Assembly: GCF_041956535.1 (NCBI RefSeq)
Contig: NW_027192195.1
Span: 1,095,189 to 1,159,188 of the forward strand
Origin: Calcarisporiella thermophila CBS 279.70
Lineage: Eukaryota > Fungi > Calcarisporiellomycota
DNA length: 64,000 nt
Reading direction: 5' to 3'
Position numbers and translations under genes: made by a program. Positions 12,181 through 23,696 of the stretch are shown here, piece after piece; position 1 is the first letter of the stretch, and each line of letters starts with the position of its first letter. The notes under the pieces are model-generated. The model saw only the letters and a program-made list of their open reading frames with translations. It searched no databases and was not told the DNA's origin.

Positions 12181-12988
12181 CTCTATATGAATCAAAAACT
12201 CAGCTCTGAATGGAGGACCGCAGGGAGCTGATGCCATGCCATCCTCCGCATTGCTATCGGCATCCGCAAGGCATCCCGGGACGAGACAGTCTCTGACTCC
12301 AGCAAGGCATGCGCGTCAGGCTTGTCGCTCCTCTGCTCATCCCTGATTGACGGCCTTGGGATTCAACTGCAATCTTCATAAGTATACTGATAGCTTGCTC
12401 CATAGAGTGTATATCGTCTTGAATTGCATTCTTCTCAAAACCATTTTGCGAGCCTAATCCACTCAATCCTTTGAAATTGCATTACTATTGGATAGAATGG
12501 TCTTCATTTTCAGAGGGCTTAGAGCAGCCCTTTGCTTCTCATTAACGATCCTCTACACACCGTTTGAATCTCCGGGCTGTCACCTATTTTCCGCGAGCTG
12601 GTTACAAGGCTGCGGCCCGTACCGAGGTCGCGCACTCAGACTAGTCACCCTCACCGTGGAAGCCCCCTCCATATAGCACTAAATATGGATGGGCACCGAT
12701 CGGGTTCAGGAACTAGGATCAATGCCCTGCACCGCATTTGTTTTTGGATAAAATTTGGGTCAGAGCGCTTCCCCTTCTTTTTAGGGTCTAATGAATGATC
12801 GAATTCGGCTCCAATCCATTCTTGTCCTCTTCTCCTTCTTACGCTCCTTCCGTGCCCATCCATAGTATAGCCTCTATCCATGTCATGCTAGTCGTGAACA
12901 TACCATCCTGACTCCTGTCATTGTATTTGTCACTTATGGTGTATAAGCTTTGTACATCCCCTCTTGTTTAATCCTCCTAAATTTGATC

Positions 12989-15635
12989 ATGCTCGCTATT
13001 TCAAAATTCCTTGGTTTCCTCCTACTATTTATCACCCCCTTTGCTCTCGCCGCAAAGCGCGATTTCATCCATCGGCATTACTACGCAATCGAGCTTCATC
13101 CCTCTGCTGATGCAGTGCCCACCGAGGTTGCCGATCTACTGCAAGCTCGCTGGGAGGGTCCGATTGGCGAGCTCGAATACCATCACTTGTTTAGTGCGGA
13201 GAGAGGTACGCCGGATGGAGAAGCTACGGTGGAAATGTTAAGGAAGCGGAGAGAAGGCCTGGAGAAGCGGCAATCCGAGTTAATCGATGCCGTAGTATGG
13301 GTTAGAAATCAGCCGCCAAGGCAGCTGGTGAGGCGTGCTCCAGTGCCCGTGGAGCAATCGGAAAAAACAGAGCTAGAAAAACGAAAGAAGCGACCAGGCG
13401 AATATCCAGTGTTGGCCAGCGTTTTAAGGGAGCTCGATATAAAGGACCCAGGATTTTCGAACCAATGGCACTTGGTATTAGAGAGGCCCTTTTTGTGTGT
13501 GTGTTGTGAAAAAGATTAACAAAGAGCCCTTTCCGCCAGTTTAACGAAGCCGATCCTGGAAACGACATTAACGTGACCACCCTTTGGAAGCAAGGAATAC
13601 GCGGAAACGGCAGTGTGGTGGCCATCTTGGACGACGGGCTCGACATGGACAGCGAAGATCTCAGCAGAAATTTCGTAGGCTCGAGTCGTGTTGGTCGAGT
13701 CTCTTTCTTCTCCACTAACTTGGCTTTATTTTGCTCTTTCTTTATATGCTCCAAGTTTGCACCCGGTTCCTACGATTTCAATGATCAAGCCATTCTTCCA
13801 AAGCCTCAGCTCTTTGATGACACCCATGGTACGCGTTGTGCAGGAGAGATTGCTGCAGTCAAAAACACGGTTTGTGGGATCGGGGTCGCGTACGAAGCCA
13901 AAATCGCTGGTAATCATAGTGGGAAATGGGGTATAAGTGGAAGATGGCTAAACATGGAGGTTGTGTTTGTCCCCCATAGGTATCCGCATTCTCTCCGGTG
14001 AAATTACCGAGGCAGACGAGGCGGCCGCCCTCAATTTTGCCTTCCAATACAACCACATCTATTCTTGCAGCTGGGGCCCTCCGGACAATGGGGAGGCTGT
14101 CGAGGCTCCCCAAGGCCTCGTACGCAGGGCCATCATGAATGGAATCGAGAAAGGTCGGGCTGGAAAGGGCTCCATCTACGTCTTCGCCTCGGGTAATGGC
14201 GGAGGATTCGACGATAACTGTAACTTCGACGGATACACCAACAGCATCTACACGGTGACGGTTGGAGCCATTGACCATTTAAACGCCCACCCGTACTACT
14301 CCGAAAAATGCTCCGCTCAGCTGGCGGTCACCTACAGCAGTGGGAGCGGTAGCTACATCGTAAGGCCCAGATCGACTTAGTGGGTTCATTCTCCTGAAAC
14401 GGGCTCACCGCTTTTTTTATTTTTCTATTCAGTATACCACCGACGTCGAAGACCTCACCTACAATCGCTGCACGTCCCGTCATGGGGGTACCTCTGCGGC
14501 AGCGCCCATCGCCTCCGGCATTTTTGCTCTTGTGCTCTCGCTTCGTCCCGACTTGTCTTGGCGAGACATCCAGCATCTCTGCGTTCAAACCGCGGTCCCG
14601 ATTTCGCTGGAGGATGACGACTGGGAGGAAACTGCGGCTGGCCGCATGTTCAACCACAAGTACGGCTACGGGAAACTGGATGCTGGGCGGATGGTGGAGG
14701 CGGCCCGCGGTTGGCAAACGGTAGAGCCGCAGGTGAGAGTGAAGATGAAAACCGTCATGGTGGACACCGAGTTGCCCCAGGATGAGGTCGGGCTCACAAG
14801 CGTCCTACGGGTCAATCCGGAGAACGTGGTCACGCTCAAGCGGCTGGAACATGTGGTGGTCACGGTGAACTTGGAGCACGAGCGACGCGGGGATGTCGAG
14901 ATCTATCTGATAAGCCCCAACGGGGTCACCTCGCAGTTGGCGGCGCGCCGGCGTTTCGACACAAGTTCCGAGGGGCTGGTGGATTGGTCGTTTATGAGCG
15001 TGAAGCACTGGGAGGAGGATCCGGTGGGGGTCTGGGCCCTCCGAGTCGTGGACCGATACAATCCGGAGTCGAGTGGCCGGTTCATTGACTGGAGGCTGAT
15101 CTTCTACGGAGAAGGGCTGGGCGAGGAGGCGATGCCGACCCTGCCCCTCTCCTCGGATCCAGAGCCGGGGGCAGAGGTGGGGGGAAATGCCACCGATCTG
15201 ATGCATCCACCCGAGAATCCAGCTGCGGCTCCACCCACCACCAGCCTTGCTCCTATCCCCACCCACTTCACCAATGGCTCGAACACACCGCTCACCGCCT
15301 CCCCCATCGACCCAGGGCCGGCACTTCCAACTCCTCTGGAAGCATCGGTCGCCGATCACCCCAAGTCTCTTGCCGGTCATTTCCCGTACTTGGCGTTGGG
15401 TGCCGCGTTGGTGCTCGCCGCCTTGGCCATCTACTCCCTCGTCAAGCGCTGGAGATCGTCGACCCCGCCGGTAGGCGAGCAGGTGGAGCAGAGCAGCTCA
15501 CGTGATTCCTATGAATTCGCCGCCTTGGAGAGCGAAACGGATGTGGAAGAGGTCAGCGACCGGGAGGAGGAGGCGGGCGACCCTGGGCTGGCCGAAAAGG
15601 AGAGGCTGCGCGTCAGCTTTAGCGATGGAGAATAG
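12989..15635 (+). CDS. KEX2: Kexin (Kex2-like S8B proprotein convertase), paralogue 1
   Basis: Signal peptide, prodomain ending LVRR, catalytic ILDDG / THGTRCAGE / SGNGG / HGGTSAAAP, P-domain with RRGD, TM helix and a tail with SYEF. Four introns. Confidence 0.93.
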
Positions 15636-15950
15636 CCGTCTTATTTTTTTTTTGTTGTATACACATAGTATTGAGAATCTGTTTTTTTTTTTCTTTTGTA
15701 TTATAAATATTATGAAGAGACAGAGTTCCTAATGAACAGGGGAGCGAAGCAGATTATGGTACTGGTTTTTTTTTTGGCCTCGGAAAGAAATAAGAAGAAA
15801 TGGCGGAAGAAATCCAAAACAAAAGACATGCTGTTTCACCCATACCTAGGAAACCTCGAGTGTCGTCCACATCAAAACACAATATATAGAAGAAAAAAAA
15901 ATATAACGTATATGTATATCCAATGCAATCAAGCTGAAATAATCAACCCC

Positions 15951-18846
15951 TTAATCCCGTCCCTGAAACCCTTCCTCCATGCTGTCGTTGTCGCCCTCTC
16001 TTTCCCTTCTCTCTTCCTCCTCCTCCACTTCTTCTTCCTCTTCGTCGTCGTCTAGTACGCCCTCGTGATCAAATACCACCTCCCCGCCTGTACCGTTCAT
16101 TCTACCCCGCTTCTCATATCCATTCATCTCCCTGTCCACATCCTCGTCGTTGTCATCATCGCTATCACCAAAGGCATCGTAGAGCTCCCTCTCCTCCTCC
16201 TCCTCTCGCTTATCCCGCAAGGGTCTGCGAGCCTCCCGGTCGTCCTGTTGATCCACAAGGACGGAGAACTCGTAGTTGTCACGTGCTCCGCCCTTTTTAC
16301 GCTCTTGCCACCACTGGCGCCCGTAGTATACAAAGCCCACCACCACTCCGGCAAACAAGGCACCCGTGATGATATAGAGAATGGCGCGGCTGGTTGCGCT
16401 GGCACCATAGGCGTCGATATAGGGATTAGAGGTGGAGCTTTCCTGGGCCTCGGCGGCAAGAGTGGAAGCAGTAGTGGCGAGAGAGGTGGAGGGGGAAGCG
16501 GTCTGACTGAGGGTATCGTGAGAGGCTGGAGTGGGTGATTGGTCAGGGGTCTGTGGGGTTGTGGGAGTGGGGGAAGCGGAGGTGGTAGTGGTGGCGGCGG
16601 CAGCAGCGGTGGAGGAGGTAGTGGGGGGTCCTACTGTGGGTTCATCGCTAGGAGCGACCGGGATAACATCCAGCGATGGGCTTGCGGAGGGCTGCACCGG
16701 GGTGCTGGCGTTTGGACTCTGTTCTCCGAAGAACGAAATCCGCCAGTCGACGAGCTTGCCACTGTGATGCGGGTTGTATTGGTCCACTATTTTTAGCGAC
16801 CATTTCCCAACTGGGTTCTCCTCCCAGTGTTTCACCGTCATGAACGTCCAGTTCTTGAGGCCTTCGCTGCTCGTGTCCCATCGGCGCCTGGTGGCTAGCT
16901 GAGATGACACGCCCGCGGGGCTGATCAGATACACTTCGATATCCCCGCGTCGCTGGTGTTCCACATTCACCGTTACGGTGACGTGCTCCAACCGTCCAAG
17001 CTGCGCCTTCTTGACCTCCTCCTCGGTGACCTCGACGCCGGTCATCAGCCCCACCTCGTTTTCCGGGATCGCCATGTCCACCTCCATCACTGGTTTTTCT
17101 AGCTGGACGTTTGGCCCCACATTTTTAAACGTTTTCGCCGCTTCGACAATGCGGCCGGCATCCACCTTACCATACCCGAATTTGTGGTTGAAGAGCCGCC
17201 CCGCCGCAGTCTTCTCCCAGTCATCCTCGTCAAGCGATATCGGCACGGCCGTTTGCACAAGTAGGTGTTGCACATCCCGCCACGTGAGATCGGGACGTTC
17301 CGACAGCACCAAGGCTAGCACGCCGGCAGCCAAAGGGGCTGCCGCGGACGTACCTCCATGTCGGTCGGAACACATCTTTTTTCCAACATCGGACGTATAC
17401 TAAACAAAAGGAATCCTAGGGATTAGCAAAATCCAAGCCAATGTCAACGAGGGAGGCGCCGGCACTCACAATATAGCTCCCACTACCGCTACTGTAGGTA
17501 ACCGCTAACTGGGCCGCGCATTTTTCTGAATAATACGGGTGATTGTTCATTCGGTCGATGGCTCCAATCGTGATGGTATAGCGGCTGTTGGTGTACCCAT
17601 CGAAGTTGCAGTTGTCAAAGAACCCTCCACCATTCCCTGAAGCGAACACGAAAATGTTGCCCTTTCCCCCACGCCCTTTCTCAATTCCGTTGACCATAGC
17701 TTTGAGGACCATGCCCTGCGGCGCCTCCACCGCCTCTCCGTTATCTGGGGGACCCCAACTGCAGGAGTAGATGTGGTTTTCCTGATATCCGTAATTAAGT
17801 GCTAGTGCTTCATCGGCATCTGTGATGTCTCCGGACAGGATACGAATACCTGCACCATTATAAACAAAAAAATAAATACAGCACATTAGAGGTTGAATTG
17901 CTCCACCAACATATCGGGGCTAGTCCTACCGGCCACTTTAGCCTTGAAGGCAACCCCCACTCCACACACGTCGTTCTTGACCGCTGCGATTTCTCCTGCA
18001 CAGCGTGTGCCGTGAAGATCGTCTATTAGCCGGGGCTGTGGGAGTTTAGTGTGATCGTTGAAGTCGAAGGAACCAGGCTCAAACTTATATGGTAGGGAAT
18101 ATGAGTTAATATAGTTGGGTATGGATGCGGTGGAGGAGATTCCATTAGCAGAACAGAGCCCGGATCATGGGCACAAACTTACAAAGTTGTCTTTCAGGTC
18201 ATCACTATACATGTCCAGTCCATCATCCACGATGGCGACCACAACATTGGCTCCAAAATTGCCACCTCTCCAAGCTCCAGTAACATTGATGTCGTTTCCT
18301 GGCTCTAGCTCATTAATCTAACATCATGTCAAGAGTTAGTTTAATTCCATTCAGCATTTTGTTTGTAGGCCATACCAGATGCCACTGTTCTCCAAACCCG
18401 GGGTCCGCAATTCCTAGTTCAGCCGCCACGGCCGCTACACCAGGCCGATCTCCCGGTTTCTTCCGCTTCTCTAGCTGGTTCCGTTGGCATGTTTGCAAAT
18501 CCATCTCAACCGGGAGGGGGGGAATCGGACCCCGCTTGTGTCTTCGTCTTGGAATTTGCTTTTCAAACCATAATACGCCGATATCCTCCCTCTTCTTCGA
18601 CATCTCAAATTCCCTCTCCTTGGAAATGCTGTAGAGATGGTGGTTCTCCAGCTCACCAATCTGGCCCTCCCATGCTAGCCCAAGAGAACGGGCGACCTTG
18701 GCGGGGGATGCATCGGGATGGAGCTCGAGTGCATAGTAGTCGCGTTGTTGGTAGTCACGCTTCTGGAGGGCCCGAGGATACAATGATGCGGAACTGGGGG
18801 GGAGAAGCGCAAGAAGCACGATACTGATGAGGCGAAGCGCTTTCAT
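15951..18846 (-). CDS. KEX2: Kexin (Kex2-like S8B proprotein convertase), paralogue 2
   Basis: Signal peptide, prodomain ending RHKR, IVDDG / LHGTRCAGE / SGNGG / HGGTSAAAP, RRGD, Ser/Thr-rich stalk, TM helix and an acidic tail with NYEF. Introns lie at positions equivalent to paralogue 1. Confidence 0.93.
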
Positions 18847-19243
18847 CACAATGGTGGTTTAAGTATGTTGAGGGGGGGGGGGTGGCGAAGAACGGACTGG
18901 ATGGGCTGATCCAGTTAGATAAAGAATGAGAACTGACGGGATGAAATCCAAAGGAAAGAACAAGAGATCAGTCAATCTATAGATCTTTTTTATTTCTCTC
19001 AAATCAACCAAATAAGATAATGTCTGCCTCTACTGAATGGGGATGCTCTGGGTTGCACTGGAGCCAGAAAAATATAATTTGCCTACAGAAATGTTCTGCG
19101 GCGCAGCATTCCTTTTTTTATGGTAATCCTTGTTTCTCAAAAATGTTAAATTTTTGTATTAATCCCTCGAGAGGGGAAAAGACTTCTGTACAAATTTATC
19201 TAAAGGCTATTTTTTCTTTGGTTTCACCGACGTGAAAGCGTAT

Positions 19244-21040
19244 TTACTCCAAGATCTCCGTGATGACACCTAGTAAAATGGTTGGGTTGAGTTTTAGCCA
19301 CAGTGCAAATGGAGTCCCACCTCTACATAAGCGACTTACCAGTTCCGACGGTCTTGCCTCCTTCACGGATAGTGAAGCGCATACCGGGCTCCATGGCCAT
19401 ATCGTGCACCAGCTCGCACTCCATCTGCACATTATCGCCGGGCATGATCATCTTCTCTTCAGCCCCCTCGGTGCCCTTGGGGTGGCGCAGGGTCACGGTG
19501 ACATCGGAGGTGCGGAAGAACATTTGGGGCCGGTAGTTCTCGAAGAAGGGGGTGTGGCGGCCGCCCTCCTCCTTGTTCAAAATGTAGAGCTGAGCATGGA
19601 ATTTCTTGTGCGATTTGAGCGTACCCGGGGCACAGAGCACCATTCCGCGGCGGATCTGCTCACGCTTGATACCGCGCAAGAGGGCGCCCATGTTATCTCC
19701 TGCCTCCCCACGATCCAACTCCTTGTGGAACATCTCAATGCCGGTGAGGGTGGTGCGGATATTGGCCCCCATGCCGACAATTTCCAACTCGTTCCCCTTG
19801 GAGATGGTACCGCGCTCGACACGGCCAGTCGCGACGGTTCCACGACCAGGGATGGAGAAAACGTCTTCCACGGGCATGAGGAAGGGCTTGTCAAGGTCGC
19901 GTTGCGGGGTAGGGATATGTGCGTCGACAGCCTCCATCAGCTTATAGATGGCCTGCTCACCGATCTCCGGGTTCTTGCCCTCGAGTGCGCAAAGGGCGGA
20001 GCCTTGAATGATGGGGGTTTCCTCTCCGTTGAAGCCATACTGGGTCAGGAGGTCGCGCATTTCCATCTCGACCAGCTCAAGCATCTCTGGGTCGTCGACG
20101 GCGTCCACCTTGTTGATGAAAACAACCAGGTTTTGGATACCCACTTGCTTGGCGAGAAGCAAGTGCTCACGCGTCTGAGGCATCTGGCCGTCGGTGGCCG
20201 ACACGACGATGATAGCACCGTCCATCTAGCAGAAAATTCAAGGAGATAAGCAGCGTGGCAATGGCTGAAAAAAGTGTCCCTCTCTAATCACCTGAGCGGC
20301 ACCCGTAATCATGTTCTTAATGTAATCCGCATGCCCAGGGCAATCCACGTGAGCATAGTGGCGAGCGTCCGTTTCGTATTCGACGTGTGCAGTAGCAATG
20401 GTGATTCCACGAGCCTTCTCCTCGGGTGCCTTGTCAATCTGGCTATAGTCCAAGAACTCGGCCTGACCACGGGCAGCAAGGGTCTTGGTGATAGCGGCGG
20501 TGAGAGTGGTCTTTCCGTGATCTACGTGACCAATTGTGCCGATGTTAATATGAGGTTTGCTGCGGTTGAACTTGCCACCCGATTCAGATGCCATGTTGCG
20601 GATACCTAAAGTAGGCAGGATTAGCGGGACGAGCATAAAAAACCAAGACTGCAGACCCACCATAGCGATAGAACATGGAGCGGGAGGCATAGCACGCGTT
20701 GTGTCCTCTCAGGAGGGTGGCAGCCTGAATAAACATTGAATACCAAATCAGGACCCAATATACTTCGTATTCACATGGGGAACCTGCAGTGCATTGGCAT
20801 CACTTACCGCTTTGCTGGCAGACGATACCGAAGGAAGGGCAGACACAAAGACTTTCCAGAGAGAAATGATAAATTCGGGTTAATCTCCAATCGGGAAGGA
20901 TAATGGGGAAACCCATTCAATTGGGTAGACCTACATCCACGCGAAACAGTGGCTACGCATCGGCCCTTTGTGGCATTATACGCAGCATTCCGCAACGCTG
21001 GGGCTGCCGATTTCGCAACTGTTGTACGTAATGCAAACAT
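19244..21040 (-). CDS. TUF1: Mitochondrial elongation factor Tu
   Basis: [29 protein letters not shown] and [13 protein letters not shown]. Arg/Ala-rich presequence spread over short exons. Stop TAA at 19244-19246. Confidence 0.97.
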
Positions 21041-21549
21041 TACTCGCACGTGTTATGGTAATCTAAAAAAGACTGTGAAATGAGCGAGGCAAAAATTCAA
21101 GGGGTGGGTGGTAATTGTAAACAAGTCAAATTCGGACGAGGGTGGGGTGGCTTGGTGTCCACAGGAGGGTTTTTGGGAAATTGGGTCGAGGCGACCTTCG
21201 TTCTCCAGCGAAAATAAAGCTTGGCACACTTGATCAAACGGTCTCCTAAGGTTTACAATAAGCTTACCCTCTTTTCTAAACGTGTTGAAAAGAGCACATC
21301 CCCCCCACCAGCAGATGCTAGTATACTGATATTGCATAAGTTCTAAACTGTTTAGACACTCCACTTTGACTGCCCTTGATATATTATTTCATTAAATCAA
21401 AAGTATGGATCTTTATACCTATAATTTGTCTTGTCCAATTAGAGTTTCGGATGCACTTAAAAGGTATCCATTCTAAATAACCGAAGCTCGAATATAAAAT
21501 GTTAGAAAGGCTCCCTCCCCCCCTCAGTGTACAACTTAAGTAGCCCAGC

Positions 21550-23439
21550 ATGCAACACGGTAGCTATGTTAGAGAGAATTTCAACAAATATCATCGGATG
21601 GAATTTCGTCCTGACATTTCCCATCTCTCGGAAAACCATGTTGCTGCCTTGAAGATACTTGTGCGCCTGGGAGCTCTGATGGAGAAGTTTTTGCTACGGC
21701 AAGTATGGAGCGAGAATGAGGCATTGTTAAAGAAATTGCAGGAAAGGAATGACCAAGACGAACTAGCCTATTTTAAGTTTCACATGGTCTGTAGCGGCAA
21801 GGCCTGAAGTGGGCATTGAATCCGACTAATGTGTCATTAGGGACCATGGGAGATATCCCCGGAGGTTAAAGCGTGGAGGGACGATGTTCCGCCCAGCCCT
21901 CCCAAGGGTGCCAATTTCTATCCTGAAGACATGACCACAGAGGAATTTGACACCTGGGTAGCCACTCTCACCGAGGAGGAGCGAAGAAAAGCCAAAGGCC
22001 CTTTCCATGTCATCAGGCGTGGAGCCGATGGTAGGCTGCTTGCTGTCTCTTACGCAGAAGCATATGCCGATATCCTTGGCCCCGCCTCTAACTTGCTTGA
22101 GGAGGCTGCTGAGTTGATAGAGGATGCTTCTCTAAAAACTTTCCTGCGGAAGCTGGCGGCTGCTTTCCTGAATAACGATTTCCATTCTGCCGAAATAGCA
22201 GGAATGAAGGTGTCGCCCCAGGCGCCGTTCGAGATTAATTGCATTCCCAAATCGGTGAGTCAGCTTCCGGGTGTCTACCACTAATTTGCAATGGTTAACT
22301 TGCAGATCAACGGATAGCCTTATTTAGACCGTTTATATGGCACAAAAGGTGTCATTTCATTTAGCGTACTAGTGAATGATCTTGAGGTAACAAGATCACT
22401 CAAAAAATATGTAAGCTGCCAGCAAATCGTGGAAAAATTTCTTCCCATTCCGGACGCGTACAAAAATCCTCGCCCGATAAAAGCTAAATGTTATGGCGGC
22501 GAATATGCTCGTGTATAAGGGTAACATCTTCAATTTATTCCTCCTATTGAACGGGGCACTGGATAGTAAACGTCTTTTTGAAAAAGATTCTTCCATGTGC
22601 GTTGCATATCATGAAGAGCCTCATGAACAGGCCGACGAGAATTTGCCGTCTCGTCTCGTACTGATTAAAAACTGCCTGGAGGCCGCCTTTGACAAGCTTG
22701 CCAAGGTGGCCGAGGTCATCCTTGTGGCAGAGCAGAGCAGCTTATTGAAATTCCTCGCCTACTTCCTGTTCGTGCTAATGCACGAGGTGGGTCACGCTAA
22801 TGGACCTCAATATATTGCTGGTAGCGCACGGGTGAAGATTGCAGAGAAGCTTAGAGATCTTCATACCTCGCTTGATGAAGCAAAAGCAGGTAGGTATCTT
22901 GTTAAAAATGGACAAGTGGCTAGGAAATTGAACGTTGAGAGGTTATGATTAGATGTGTCTGGCATGTTTGGAGTCAAGGTGCTGATCCAACAAGGTGTTA
23001 TCACTGAAGCAAGCTACGAGGAAATGACCATCGCTTATACCGTCTGCATTATCACTAGGTATATTCACTCTTACTCACTCGCCACGCCGGCTGACTCTGA
23101 CAACCCTTTTTGTATAGCACTCTACTTGGGCCTGACTTTGCCCGTGGACTGGGTGCCATCATTGAGTTGAATTATCACATGCAGCACGACGCAATTATCT
23201 GGGATAGCGGGGCCAAGCGCTTTTCCATCCATTTCGAAAGGCTCTCCCACTCAGTTGAAAGCTTGGTGCGAGATCTGATGACTATGCAAGCAGAAGGGGA
23301 TTTAGAGGCCGCGCGAGCCTTTGTCTCTAAATATGGTGCCAAAGTAGCTCCTCTAGAGCAGGAAATGGAAATGATAAAAAAAAACTGCAAAGAAATTTGG
23401 CCCGTTTTTCCCCTGGAGACGGAGCTGCTTCATGGATGA
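21550..23439 (+). CDS. Peptidase M49 (DPP III-like), HExxH type, highly divergent, with an apparent 1-nt frameshift near 22485-22490
   Basis: GPW, PPKGANFYPEDM, LMHEVGHANGP, LDEAKA|D and MQAEGD motifs match the peptidase domain of plant NUDX3-type and bacterial DPP III. Introns are present. The reading frame shifts between YKNPRPIKA and NVMAANMLVY. Confidence 0.75.
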
Positions 23440-23696
23440 AACATCCACCCCGCTCTCTTTTTAATACTCTATTTGTAGGATATTATTATTATTGGAATTT
23501 ATTCTTATGTAAAGGACCCAACTGTCCAGGGCCTGAATAAATATGAGCCCTATGTCCTGGATGTGCTCTGACAGTTTAAAAAACCAAAATATAGAGTAAC
23601 CCACAACCCAAAGGCACGACCATTTTGTATATTATTGTGCATGAAAGCAAGATTAGCGGAGTTGAACCAACATGCATTCCCCTTAGCGTTAAAACT

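Noticed and set aside
19260-20249. 329-aa plus-strand ORF
   Set aside because: Antisense shadow of the codon-biased EF-Tu exon with no recognisable motifs. The same applies to antisense ORFs over the kexins, the vasculin-like genes and the Bem1-like gene.
20727-20807. Possible intronic C/D snoRNA in an EF-Tu intron
   Set aside because: The C box is imperfect (GTGATGC), and I could not recognise a terminal stem or rRNA-complementary guide.
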